64,000 nucleotides of DNA from an uncultured delta proteobacterium. GTDB lineage: Bacteria; Myxococcota_A; Polyangia; Polyangiales; Houyiibacteriaceae. Position numbers and translations under genes: made by a program. Every line of letters starts with the position of its first letter. Within the stretch, counting starts at the first letter, position 1. The stretch is taken from the NCBI GenBank assembly GCA_963699755.1, contig CAVOVB010000004.1:128001-192000 (forward strand), read 5' to 3'. The notes under the pieces were generated by a model. That model was given only the letters and a program-made list of their open reading frames with translations. It made no database searches and was not told the origin of the DNA. Positions 55,254-64,000 of this stretch are shown piece after piece.

Positions 55254-58037
55254 TCAAAGGCTGCTCAGAGCCGCTTCCAGGCGTTCACGCTTCTCCCGTA
55301 GCTCCCAGGCGTCGCGCTTCGACTTCTCTACCACGGCCTCGGGCGCGCGTTCCACGAAGCTCGGGTTGGCGAGCTTCTTCTCCACGACAACGAGCTCCTT
55401 TTCGACCTTTTTCAGGTCGCGCTGCAGGCGGTCGCGCTCTTTTTCCGTGTCGATGACCCCTGGAACCGCGGCCCGAATGCCCGGGGTGACGAAGACAGCA
55501 GCGTTTTTGAAGTGGGCGCTCGGGTCTTCGAGCTTGGCCGGGTCCGCTTCGAAGCAGAGCTCACAGCGCGCCAGGCTCTCGATGGTCATCCGCTCCGCAT
55601 CGAGGACCGCGTGCTTGCTCTCGTCGCCGCTGTGCCAGTGGATGCGCATGGGCTGACTTCGCGGCACGTCGTGCTCGGCGCGAATCGTCCGCGCACTCCC
55701 GACAAATGCCTGCACCACCTCGAAGTCCCGCTCGGCGTTCCGGTCGAGCTTGGCGTCGACCAGCGCCGTCGGAAACCGGCTGATCATGATGCTCGCGGGC
55801 GCGTCGTCCCATTTGGGAACGCGCTGCCAGATCTCCTCGGTGATGTGCGGCATCATCGGATGAAGGGCCCGAAGCACCGTCTCGAGCGTGTGTACCAGAG
55901 TCTCTTCGGTCTCCTGAACCAGCGCAGCATCGCCGCTGTCGAGCGCGGGCTTGCTGACCTCGAGGTACCAGTCGCAGAGCTCATCCCAGACGAAGTGGTA
56001 GAGCGCGCCGGACGCCTCATCGAGCCGGTACGCGGCGAGCCCGGAAGCCGCGACGTCGAGGGCATGATACAGCCGAGAAAGCACCCATCGGTTGGCGAGC
56101 GCCTTGGGCCGTGGTCGTTCCTGTGAAGCCTTCGTGGGAGAGTCGCCGAGGCGCATCAGCGCGTAGCGCGAGGCGTTCCAGAGCTTGTTGGCGAAGTTTC
56201 GATAACCTTCGATGCGCTTGATCGAGAGCGCGATCCGTCGCGACTGCGGCGAGTAACTCAGAAGCGTCATCCGGAGCGCGTCCGCCCCGTAGGCGGCAAA
56301 GCCGTTCGGGTAGGTCGACTTCAGGTACTTGACGCCCGACTTCTTTGCGCCGGCCTTCTCGGCCTTGGCCACGAGCTCCTCCAGAGTCGCGCCATTGATC
56401 ACGTCGAGCGGGTCGACGACGTTGCCCTTCACCTTGCTCATCTTCTCGCCGCGCTCGTCGGTCACCAGGCCCGCCAGCAAGACACGCGTGAAGGGAACCT
56501 CGCCCATGAAGTGAAGGCCCATCATGATCATGCGCGCGACCCAGAAAAACAGGATGTCGTAGCCTGTCTCCATGTCCTGCGTCGGGTAGAATCGCTCGAG
56601 CGCAACTGTCTTGTCGGGCCAGCCGAGTGTCGAAAACGGCCAGAGCCCGGAGCTGAACCAGGTGTCGAGAACGTCCTCGTCTTGACGAATCGATGTCCCG
56701 CCGCAGCCCCCACAAACCGTCGCGTCCGTCCGCGACACCGTGACGTACTCGCAGTTCTCGCAATACCAGGCCGGAATCGGGTGCCCCCACCAGAGCTGCC
56801 GCGAAATGCACCAGTCCTGGATGTTGCGAAGCCAGTGGAAATACGTCTTGCTCCACTCTGGCGGCAGGATCTGAATCGTGCCGTCTTCGACCGCCGTGAT
56901 CGCGGGCGCGGCGAGCGGCTTCATCTTCACGAACCACTGAGTCGAAATCATCGGCTCGACGATGGTCCCCGACCGCTGCGAGCGCGGCAGCGTCATCATG
57001 TGCTTCTTGCTCCCGCGGGCGAGCCCACGGTTGCCCAGCTCGATCTCGACCGCCTTGCGTGCCTCGAAGCGGTCGAGGCCTTGGAACGAGCCGGCGTTCT
57101 CGTTCATCGTGCCATCGAGGTTGAAAATATTGATCTCTTCGAGGCCGTGTCGCTTGCCTGTCGCAAAGTCGTTCGGGTCGTGTGCCGGCGTCACCTTCAC
57201 GACGCCGGTGCCGAACTCGGGGTCGACCAGCTCTGCATCGAGAATCACCGGGATCAGACGGTCTACGAAGGGGTGCCGCAGGTACTTGCCGTGAAGGTGC
57301 CGGTAGCGCGGATCGTCGGGATGGAGCGCAACCGCCGTGTCGCCGAGCATCGTCTCGGGGCGAGTCGTCGAGACCACGACCTCCCCGCCGCCGTCGGCCA
57401 GGGGATACGCGAAATCGAACATCGCCCCTTCGACGTTCTCCTCCTGCTCGACCTCGAGGTCTGAGAGTACCGTCTGTGACTCGACATCCCAATTAACGAG
57501 GCGTGTGTCGCGGTAGATCAGGCCTTCCTCGTAGAGCGTGACGAAGGCTTCGCGGACTGCTCGCACCATGTCGGGGTCCATCGTGAACTTGGTGCGCGGC
57601 CAGTCGCACGAAGCGCCCATCTTGCGAAGCTGCTCGAGGATCCGCCCACCCGATTGTTCCTTCCACTGCCACACCCGTTCGATGAACTTCTCGCGGCCGA
57701 GGTCGTACCGGGTCAGGCCTTCGTTCTTGAGCTGCCGTTCGACGACCACTTGAGTGGCGATGCCGGCGTGGTCGATGCCGGGGACCCAGAGTGTGTTGTA
57801 CCCCTGCATCCGCTTGTGGCGGCAGAGGACATCCTCGAAAGTGGTCCGACACGCGTGTCCCATGTGGAGCGAGCCGGTGACGTTTGGCGGCGGAATCGCG
57901 AGGGTATAGGTCGGCCGCTGATCGCCCGGTTCCTCGGAGGCCGCGAAGAACCCCGATGTCTCCCAGAACTCGTACCAGCGCGACTCACTTTCGGTGGGCG
58001 AGTACTGCTTGGGCATCTCGTCAGACGGTCCGCTCAT
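55254..58037 (-). CDS. valS: Valine-tRNA ligase
   Basis: PPPNVTGSLHMGH, DHAGIATQ, DWCISRQLWWGH, DVLDTWFSS, KMSK, C-terminal coiled coil. Confidence 0.98.
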   Translation of the reverse strand: MSGPSDEMPKQYSPTESESRWYEFWETSGFFAASEEPGDQRPTYTLAIPPPNVTGSLHMGHACRTTFEDVLCRHKRMQGYNTLWVPGIDHAGIATQVVVERQLKNEGLTRYDLGREKFIERVWQWKEQSGGRILEQLRKMGASCDWPRTKFTMDPDMVRAVREAFVTLYEEGLIYRDTRLVNWDVESQTVLSDLEVEQEENVEGAMFDFAYPLADGGGEVVVSTTRPETMLGDTAVALHPDDPRYRHLHGKYLRHPFVDRLIPVILDAELVDPEFGTGVVKVTPAHDPNDFATGKRHGLEEINIFNLDGTMNENAGSFQGLDRFEARKAVEIELGNRGLARGSKKHMMTLPRSQRSGTIVEPMISTQWFVKMKPLAAPAITAVEDGTIQILPPEWSKTYFHWLRNIQDWCISRQLWWGHPIPAWYCENCEYVTVSRTDATVCGGCGGTSIRQDEDVLDTWFSSGLWPFSTLGWPDKTVALERFYPTQDMETGYDILFFWVARMIMMGLHFMGEVPFTRVLLAGLVTDERGEKMSKVKGNVVDPLDVINGATLEELVAKAEKAGAKKSGVKYLKSTYPNGFAAYGADALRMTLLSYSPQSRRIALSIKRIEGYRNFANKLWNASRYALMRLGDSPTKASQERPRPKALANRWVLSRLYHALDVAASGLAAYRLDEASGALYHFVWDELCDWYLEVSKPALDSGDAALVQETEETLVHTLETVLRALHPMMPHITEEIWQRVPKWDDAPASIMISRFPTALVDAKLDRNAERDFEVVQAFVGSARTIRAEHDVPRSQPMRIHWHSGDESKHAVLDAERMTIESLARCELCFEADPAKLEDPSAHFKNAAVFVTPGIRAAVPGVIDTEKERDRLQRDLKKVEKELVVVEKKLANPSFVERAPEAVVEKSKRDAWELREKRERLEAALSSL

Positions 58038-58078
58038 CCGACGGACCGTGTGCGGTGAAATTGCGGGGCAGTCAAGCC

Positions 58079-58948
58079 TCAGTCGCCGACGAGACGGTGC
58101 AATTCCTCACGGATCATCGCTTCGGCAAGCTCGGGCACGACTTCCCAAACCACGCGCTCGACCACTTCTGCCGACAGCTTGAGCACGCCTTCGACCTGAT
58201 CGGGGGTGAGGCCTAGCGTTTCGAGTCGCGCCACGACCGAATGAGAAAGAGCCTCGCTCGCACCTGCAGCTTCCAGTGGCGAGGATGGACGAGCGGAGGA
58301 TGGACGAGCGAAGGAAGCCTGCGCGGGTGGCGCAGATGAGACCTTCGCGGCGGGCGCAGACACGATCTTCGCGGGTGGCGACGAAGAACGGAGAGAAGCT
58401 GCCGTACCGGGGGGAACCGAAACCTGCGCGCCGCTGATGCGCGTAGCCGCGACGGGCCGGGCCGACTGAGCCACGGGCAGGGGCGGCGGAGTGGGCCGGA
58501 GCGAACGCTGGGCGACCGGCATCGGCGGCGTGGTCGCTGGGCGCACGGAGGGCACCGACGGAATGTCGGAGACGGCTGCGGCCTGGCCGGTCAGGGCGCT
58601 CGCTTTGTCGATGGCTTCCTGCGTATCGAACGGCTTCAGAATGTGGTCGTCGGCCCCGACCTCCGAAGCCCGCGCGGAATCGAGCGGGCGGTGCTGGCTC
58701 GCCATCAGAATCACGGCCGTGTCCGAAAGCATCGGATCTGACTTGATTGCGCGGGTCACCTCATACCCGTCAATTCCGGGGAGCGACGAATCGATGAACG
58801 CCACCTCCGGACCAAAAGCAGCCGCTTGTTGAAGTGCACGCTCGCCGTTTTCCACGACCAGCAACTCGGCGTCCTCACCCGCGAAAGTCATCTCCATGAC
58901 CTTGCGCATGGTCACGCTGTCTTCGACGATCAAAATCCTCATCGACAT
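58079..58948 (-). CDS. romR: RomR-like polarity response regulator (REC / Pro-rich linker / conserved acidic C-terminus)
   Basis: ILIVEDS.TMRKV, FID, KPF; Pro/Ser/Ala-rich linker; EVVERVVWEVVPELAEAMIREEL; immediately upstream of valS. Confidence 0.8.
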   Translation of the reverse strand: MSMRILIVEDSVTMRKVMEMTFAGEDAELLVVENGERALQQAAAFGPEVAFIDSSLPGIDGYEVTRAIKSDPMLSDTAVILMASQHRPLDSARASEVGADDHILKPFDTQEAIDKASALTGQAAAVSDIPSVPSVRPATTPPMPVAQRSLRPTPPPLPVAQSARPVAATRISGAQVSVPPGTAASLRSSSPPAKIVSAPAAKVSSAPPAQASFARPSSARPSSPLEAAGASEALSHSVVARLETLGLTPDQVEGVLKLSAEVVERVVWEVVPELAEAMIREELHRLVGD

Positions 58949-59060
58949 CAAGCCCCGTTCACCACGATGTATGTCGCTGGCATACGCGATCGGCACCTCG
59001 GCGGTCAAGAAGGAGTGTATCCGGTTTGACGCCACGATCGGCCGCCCGTAGGGAGCGCAG

Positions 59061-59684
59061 ATGTCGGATTCAGACCTACGCGTCCTCTATCGCGAGCAGG
59101 CTCCTAGAGCCCCTGAGGGTCGCTTCTCGCTCGAAGAGCTGATCGCCGGATCAGGACCGATCGAGCTCGACATCGGTTTTGGCCGCGGTTTGTCCCTCTT
59201 CGAGCGGACGGCGGCCGCACCCGAGAGCCGGATCATCGGCATCGAGGTCAAGGCCAAGCTCGCATACCGAGTGACCGAACGGCTCCAAGAACACGGAATC
59301 GACAGAGTGAAGGTCCTCTGTGGGGATGCCCGCGAAATCTTGAAAAGGGCCGAACCAGGCAGATCGGTTCAGCGGGTTGCGCTTCACTTCCCAGACCCCT
59401 GGTGGAAGAAGCGCCACGACAAGCGGCGGGTCATCGGCGAGGCACTTCTGACCGAGCTCGGCCGTCTCTTCAAGCCTGGAGGCGAGCTGTTGATTCAGAC
59501 CGACGTCGAGGACCGAGCCGAGCAATATCTCACACAGCTTCGTTGCACGCCCGGTTTCACGCTCGCCTCCGAAAGCGGCTATGTCGACGCAAACCCCTTC
59601 GACGCGCGTTCCAATCGTGAGAAGCGAGCCATCGAAGACGGCCTGCCCGTGTGGCGAATCCTTGCAAAGCGGGACCAGGACTAA
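59061..59684 (+). CDS. trmB: tRNA (guanine-N7)-methyltransferase
   Basis: LDIGFGRG, IGIE, FPDPWWKKRH.KRR, QTDVE. Confidence 0.92.
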   Translation: MSDSDLRVLYREQAPRAPEGRFSLEELIAGSGPIELDIGFGRGLSLFERTAAAPESRIIGIEVKAKLAYRVTERLQEHGIDRVKVLCGDAREILKRAEPGRSVQRVALHFPDPWWKKRHDKRRVIGEALLTELGRLFKPGGELLIQTDVEDRAEQYLTQLRCTPGFTLASESGYVDANPFDARSNREKRAIEDGLPVWRILAKRDQD

Positions 59685-60665
59685 CTAGCGAAGCGCAACG
59701 GTCTTGCAGACCCGCCGCGTCTGCTGCCTCAACTCTTCTTGGCGCTCCTCGAGCGTCTGGTCGGGCTCGTACCCAGGGATGAAGTAACCTAGGTCGTCGA
59801 CGATGTCGTAGAGCTCTTCACCTCGATCGAGGAGCTGGCAGTTCCGGTGCTGCAACGCTCGCACGATTCGAGGCAGCGCTTCGAGGCTGTGGCGCTTGGT
59901 ATCGTGCATCAGAACGATGCCACCTCGGTCGCCCGTCTCGCGCTCGCGCCGCTCGAGAACCCGAAAGAACGTGCGAACCACCTCCTCGGGCGTTTTTGCC
60001 TCTAGATCGCCCGCGTAGAGCGCCCACATCACGCTGGTATAGCCGAGCTCGCCGAGCAGATGCTCGACCCGTTTCGACAAGGCGCCTCCGGGCGGGCGGA
60101 TCAGTCTGGGCGTCCGGCCGATGGCCCTCTCCAGCTTGCGCTCGGTGATCGTGAGCTCTGCTTCGATCTCTTCGTTGCGAAGCAGAGGGAGCTGACGGTG
60201 AGTCTCGGTGTGGCTGCCGACCAGGTGCCCCCTGCTAACGACCTCGCGGATGATTCGTGCGTGCTGCCGTTCCCAGGGGTTCCCATCCCCGAAGCTCTCG
60301 CTCGTCACGAAAAAGAGCGCCTTGATGCCGAGCTCGTCCAGCGTGTCGAGGAGCAGCGGGGTCGTCCTGCGCGAGGGACCGTCGTCGAAGGTGAAGAGAA
60401 TCGCACGGTGCCTGCTGGCGCCGGGAATCGTGAGGCCGCTCGGGAACCGCAGACCAGTCACGTCCTCGTTGACGATGGGGACGACCCCAATCACCTCTGG
60501 GCCGGGCTCGGCATGAACCGGCTCGAGAGCCGGAGAGGGGCGGATCGTGATCGGCTCGATCAGGATCGGAGCGCGGCGCACCTCAGAAGCCCCGGCGAGT
60601 GGGCCTATGGCGACTAGCGCAAGGGCCCATACGCTCAGCTGAGCCTTCCATGTGATCGACTTCAT
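59685..60665 (-). CDS. Exported polysaccharide deacetylase (NodB/CE4)
   Basis: Signal peptide; FTFDDGP, SHTETH, RPPGG, VLMHD. Confidence 0.9.
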   Translation of the reverse strand: MKSITWKAQLSVWALALVAIGPLAGASEVRRAPILIEPITIRPSPALEPVHAEPGPEVIGVVPIVNEDVTGLRFPSGLTIPGASRHRAILFTFDDGPSRRTTPLLLDTLDELGIKALFFVTSESFGDGNPWERQHARIIREVVSRGHLVGSHTETHRQLPLLRNEEIEAELTITERKLERAIGRTPRLIRPPGGALSKRVEHLLGELGYTSVMWALYAGDLEAKTPEEVVRTFFRVLERRERETGDRGGIVLMHDTKRHSLEALPRIVRALQHRNCQLLDRGEELYDIVDDLGYFIPGYEPDQTLEERQEELRQQTRRVCKTVALR

Positions 60666-60783
60666 CGCGATTGGATCGTAGAGAAGCGTAGTCGGCGAAA
60701 GCGAGAAAGCCGCAGAACCTGGACAGGTCTGCAGTTGCAACCGTCGATCGCATCGAGTAACCCCTGCGCCCAACGAGCAAGAC

Positions 60784-61497
60784 GTGATCGAAGCCCAAGG
60801 ACTCAGCAGGCGCTATGGAAGCCGACTCGTGGTAGACGACGTGTCGTTCCGGGTGGAACGCGGTGAGATCGTTGGATTCCTGGGTCCGAACGGAGCGGGC
60901 AAGAGCACGACCCTCAGGATGCTCACCGGCTATCTCGCGCCCAGTGCGGGCGAAATCCGCATCGACGGGATCGACGCCGTTCAGAGCTCGATTCGGGCGC
61001 GGGAGCGGATGGGGTACATGCCCGAAGGGGTGCCTTTGCATCGCGAGATGCGCGTGCACGAATACCTCCGCCACCGAGGCAAGCTCAAGGGTGTCCAAAA
61101 CGTCTCGGATGCAGTCGACCGCTGTCTCGAGCTCGCAGGCGTCGCGGACGCACGGACGCGAATCGTCGGCCAACTCTCCAAAGGCTACCGCCAGCGAGTG
61201 GGTCTGGCCGACGCGTTGATCGCCGATCCGCCGATTCTGATCCTGGACGAACCCACCTCAGGCCTCGATCCGAACCAGGTCCGGCAGTTTCGTGACCTCG
61301 TCCGCGGCTTCAGAGGAGAGAAGACAGTGCTGCTCTCGACCCACATTCTCTCCGAGGTCGAAGCGGTCTGCGACCGAGTGATCATCATTCGGGAAGGTCA
61401 GAAGGTCGCCGACCTCGTGCCCGCTGATTCGGAGACCAGCCTCGAGGACGTCTTCACTGATCTCACTACAGCGCCTGCCGCGGAGGAGGCCTCGTGA
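60784..61497 (+). CDS. ABC transporter ATP-binding protein (GldA-like)
   Basis: GPNGAGKST, LSKGYRQRV, ILDEPT, STH. Confidence 0.93.
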   Translation: MIEAQGLSRRYGSRLVVDDVSFRVERGEIVGFLGPNGAGKSTTLRMLTGYLAPSAGEIRIDGIDAVQSSIRARERMGYMPEGVPLHREMRVHEYLRHRGKLKGVQNVSDAVDRCLELAGVADARTRIVGQLSKGYRQRVGLADALIADPPILILDEPTSGLDPNQVRQFRDLVRGFRGEKTVLLSTHILSEVEAVCDRVIIIREGQKVADLVPADSETSLEDVFTDLTTAPAAEEAS

Positions 61498-62237
61498 AGA
61501 GCGCATGGGTCGTCCTCCGGCGGGAGCTCGCTTCCTTCTTCGTTTCGCCACTGGCGTATGTGGTGCTCACGTCCTGGTTGGTCTGGAATGGCGTCTGGTT
61601 CTGGATGCTCACCGAGTTCTATGCCCGCAACGCCGTCTCCTCCGGGGCATCGACACCTTTGTCCGGTTTTTTCGGCGGAAGCGCACTTTTCTTCATCCCG
61701 CTTCTGGTTTTCGTGCCCGTCCTGACGATGCGGCTGGTCGCCGGCGAGAAGCAATCGGGGACGATTGAGACCTTGATGACCGCGCCGGTTTCGGAGACTG
61801 CGGTCATCCTGGGCAAGTACGGAGCCTCGCTTGCCATCTGGTGCGTGCTTTGGATTCCGACGCTCATCTACGCGTGGATCATGAGCCAGCACGGGAGCGT
61901 CGATTGGGGCGCGGTGAGCGCGAGCTACTTCGGCATCTTCTGGTTGGGCGCGTACTTCATGGCGGTGGGCTTGCTGATGAGTGTCCTCGCGCCTACCCAA
62001 ATCGTCGCTGCCGTGCTCGCCTTCGTGACGCTCGGCGTTCTGTTCACGGTGGGCATCGGTGAGTTCGTCCTGGACGCCCCCGCTCGCGAATTGTGCGCGT
62101 ACGTCAGCATGTTCGGGCACATGCAGAGCTTCGCCAAAGGCGTGATCGACACCCGGTACTTGGTTTTCGATCTATCGCTGGCCGTCTTGGCTGTCGGCTT
62201 GAGCATCGGGGCGCTGAAGGCGCGAAGGCACGGATGA
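61494..62237 (+). CDS. ABC transporter permease (GldF-like)
   Basis: RRELASFFVSPLAY, LTMRL.A.E...GT.E.L.T.P, six TMs, F.KGVID. Confidence 0.9.
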   Translation: MKSAWVVLRRELASFFVSPLAYVVLTSWLVWNGVWFWMLTEFYARNAVSSGASTPLSGFFGGSALFFIPLLVFVPVLTMRLVAGEKQSGTIETLMTAPVSETAVILGKYGASLAIWCVLWIPTLIYAWIMSQHGSVDWGAVSASYFGIFWLGAYFMAVGLLMSVLAPTQIVAAVLAFVTLGVLFTVGIGEFVLDAPARELCAYVSMFGHMQSFAKGVIDTRYLVFDLSLAVLAVGLSIGALKARRHG

Positions 62238-63730
62238 GCGCGCAGCCCCGAACGCGCTTGAACCTCTTGATCACGGCGGTGCTCGGCCTCCTGGTCGTGG
62301 TTCTGGTGAACTATATCTCGTCGCGCCACTACAAGCGATGGGACTGGACGCATCACGGCCTCTTCACGCTTTCGGAGCGCAGCCAGCAAGCCTTGAGGGA
62401 GCTCGACCAGGACGTGGACGTCTACGTCTTCCTCGGGCGCGACGAGCAGGACTTCGCGGACGTCGAGACCTTGCTCGAAGAATACAAGGCAGTCACCGAC
62501 CGAATCAGCGTGGAGTGGGTCGACCCCGACCGAGACCGGGCGCGCTATCAAGTCCTCGCGGACAAGTTTGGCATCGACAGCTGGCTTGCCGGGGACGTGA
62601 CGCTTTCCCAAGTGCCAGTGGTCGTGACGAGCGGCGAGCGCAAATGGAAGGTTGAACGCCATCAGTTGATCATCGAGGACTTCGAAACCTTCGACGACGC
62701 CGACGGACATAAGCTCGACCTACAATCGGAGCGTGCCATCACCGGTGCGATCCTCGAGGTGACCACGGGCGAGCCCAGCAAGGTTTGCATCGCGGCAGGT
62801 CACGGCGAGTGGGAGCTCGGGGCCTACGGCGAGCGCAGCTTCGACGCCGTCGCGCGAGAGCTCGAGTGGGAGAAGATCGAGGTCGAGTCCTTCGAAATTC
62901 GTGCGGATGACGTTCCCGAATCTTGCGACGCGCTCTTCGTCATCAGCCCACAGCGCCCGTTCTCGAAAGGGGAGGTAGCCATCGTCGATCGCTACCTGGC
63001 GTCGGGCGGAAACCTGCTCCTCGCCTTCGACCCAGTCGTGAAAAAGGAAGCGCTGAGCCGAACCGGCTTCGAGCCATGGCTCAAAGAACGCGGAGTTCTC
63101 GTCGGCGCCGATCTCGTCATCGAGAACGACGCGGCACAGCAGCTTCCCGGCAACCCTGGCGATCTGTTTCTCGTGACCAACCTCGGAACCCATCGCCTCG
63201 TCGACACGATTCGGAAGCGTGGAGGGGGGATCCTCTTCGCGGTGGCGCGTTCGGTCGACGTCGCCGATCGAAGCGACACCGAGGTGCTCTTTCGGACGAG
63301 CCCTGCGGCTGTCGCCGAAACCGACCTCGCCCGCGCCCTCGATCCGAATGCCAAGGGAGAACCGACGCCGGCCGGCGCGGTACCGCTCGCGGTTGCGTGG
63401 GAATACGTACCCCCGCTCGGCGACGACCTGAAGCCCGTAAAGGCCGAAGGCCCGACGCCCGGCCGATTGCTCGTCATCGGCGACAGCGACTGGATGAGCT
63501 CGGAGCTTCTCGAGAACCCGCAGCTGTCCAACATCGATTTTCTCTCGTCCTCGGTCGGATGGCTCACCCAACGCGAGGCCCTGATCAACATAGCCCCGCG
63601 CAAGACCAACGCCCGCGCAGTGGTCATGAGCGATGCGGATTTGCAGAACCTCTTGTTCCGCGTGGTCGTTCTCCTGCCCTTGGCTGCCCTCATCGCCGGC
63701 TTTGGCGTTTGGTGGTCGAGGCGGTCATGA
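62234..63730 (+). CDS. GldG-like ABC auxiliary protein
   Basis: RWDWT....FTLS, VDPD, GHGE, GDSD, C-terminal TM ending WWSRR; ATG overlaps the permease stop. Confidence 0.88.
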   Translation: MSAQPRTRLNLLITAVLGLLVVVLVNYISSRHYKRWDWTHHGLFTLSERSQQALRELDQDVDVYVFLGRDEQDFADVETLLEEYKAVTDRISVEWVDPDRDRARYQVLADKFGIDSWLAGDVTLSQVPVVVTSGERKWKVERHQLIIEDFETFDDADGHKLDLQSERAITGAILEVTTGEPSKVCIAAGHGEWELGAYGERSFDAVARELEWEKIEVESFEIRADDVPESCDALFVISPQRPFSKGEVAIVDRYLASGGNLLLAFDPVVKKEALSRTGFEPWLKERGVLVGADLVIENDAAQQLPGNPGDLFLVTNLGTHRLVDTIRKRGGGILFAVARSVDVADRSDTEVLFRTSPAAVAETDLARALDPNAKGEPTPAGAVPLAVAWEYVPPLGDDLKPVKAEGPTPGRLLVIGDSDWMSSELLENPQLSNIDFLSSSVGWLTQREALINIAPRKTNARAVVMSDADLQNLLFRVVVLLPLAALIAGFGVWWSRRS

Positions 63731-64000
63731 GCGCGCGTACGCCGATCATCTTGCTCGTCGTCGCGGCCATCTTGTTGGCCTACGTGATGCTCTTCGAACG
63801 CGGCCGCCCCGGGCGGGAAGAGATCGACGCCAGGTCCGGCCTATTGCTGGAGGCCGTCGTTCGCGAGCGCATCACTCGCATCCGAATTGCTTCGGGCGAT
63901 GAACCCATCGCGCTGCTCCGAACGGGGGAGGGCTTCGACGAGACCTGGACACTCGAAGAGCCGAAGCAAGCGCCCGCCGACCCCGAAGTCATCGAGGATT
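63727..64000 (+). CDS. DUF4340-like protein, partial (runs off window end)
   Basis: MSARTPIILLVVAAILLAYVMLFE...WTLEEP..APAD; ATGA coupling to the gldG-like gene. Not in the ORF track. Confidence 0.7.
   Translation, partial: MSARTPIILLVVAAILLAYVMLFERGRPGREEIDARSGLLLEAVVRERITRIRIASGDEPIALLRTGEGFDETWTLEEPKQAPADPEVIED

Noticed and set aside
60784..64000. Bacteroidetes-type gliding machinery inferred from GldA/F/G-like genes
   Set aside because: This ABC module is widespread outside gliding Bacteroidetes, and no gldK-N or spr genes are present.

Overview
GC-rich bacterial chromosomal segment, most likely Myxococcota (inferred from a RomR-like regulator next to valS, a myxobacterial-type PilB and FHA/GAF-rich signalling genes). 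The backbone is housekeeping: uvrA 3' end, pyrC-carA, pilB, prmC, a MoxR/DUF58/BatA/DUF4175 operon, groES-groEL with a CIRCE operator, rpoZ, accA, cpoB, dksA, moeA, ffh, polA, ogt, valS, trmB and a GldAFG-like ABC operon, plus several cyclic-nucleotide enzymes. The most striking accessory block is 40.7-49.4 kb, a complete sucrose synthesis and turnover cluster. It contains a stand-alone sucrose-phosphate phosphatase, a single 1023-aa fructokinase/sucrose-phosphate synthase/phosphatase-like triple fusion, sucrose synthase and a GH31 glucosidase. It is followed by a RAYT-like HUH transposase and two decaying genes. Other unexplained signals are degenerate 6-nt-periodic intergenic tracts (one pair bracketing a truncated four-helix-bundle gene), many apparently leaderless promoters, a perfect dyad upstream of a small unknown gene, and a miniaturised CoA-transferase beta-like protein. 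All calls come from reading motifs by eye; no database searches were run. I recognised no tRNA, rRNA or CRISPR array.
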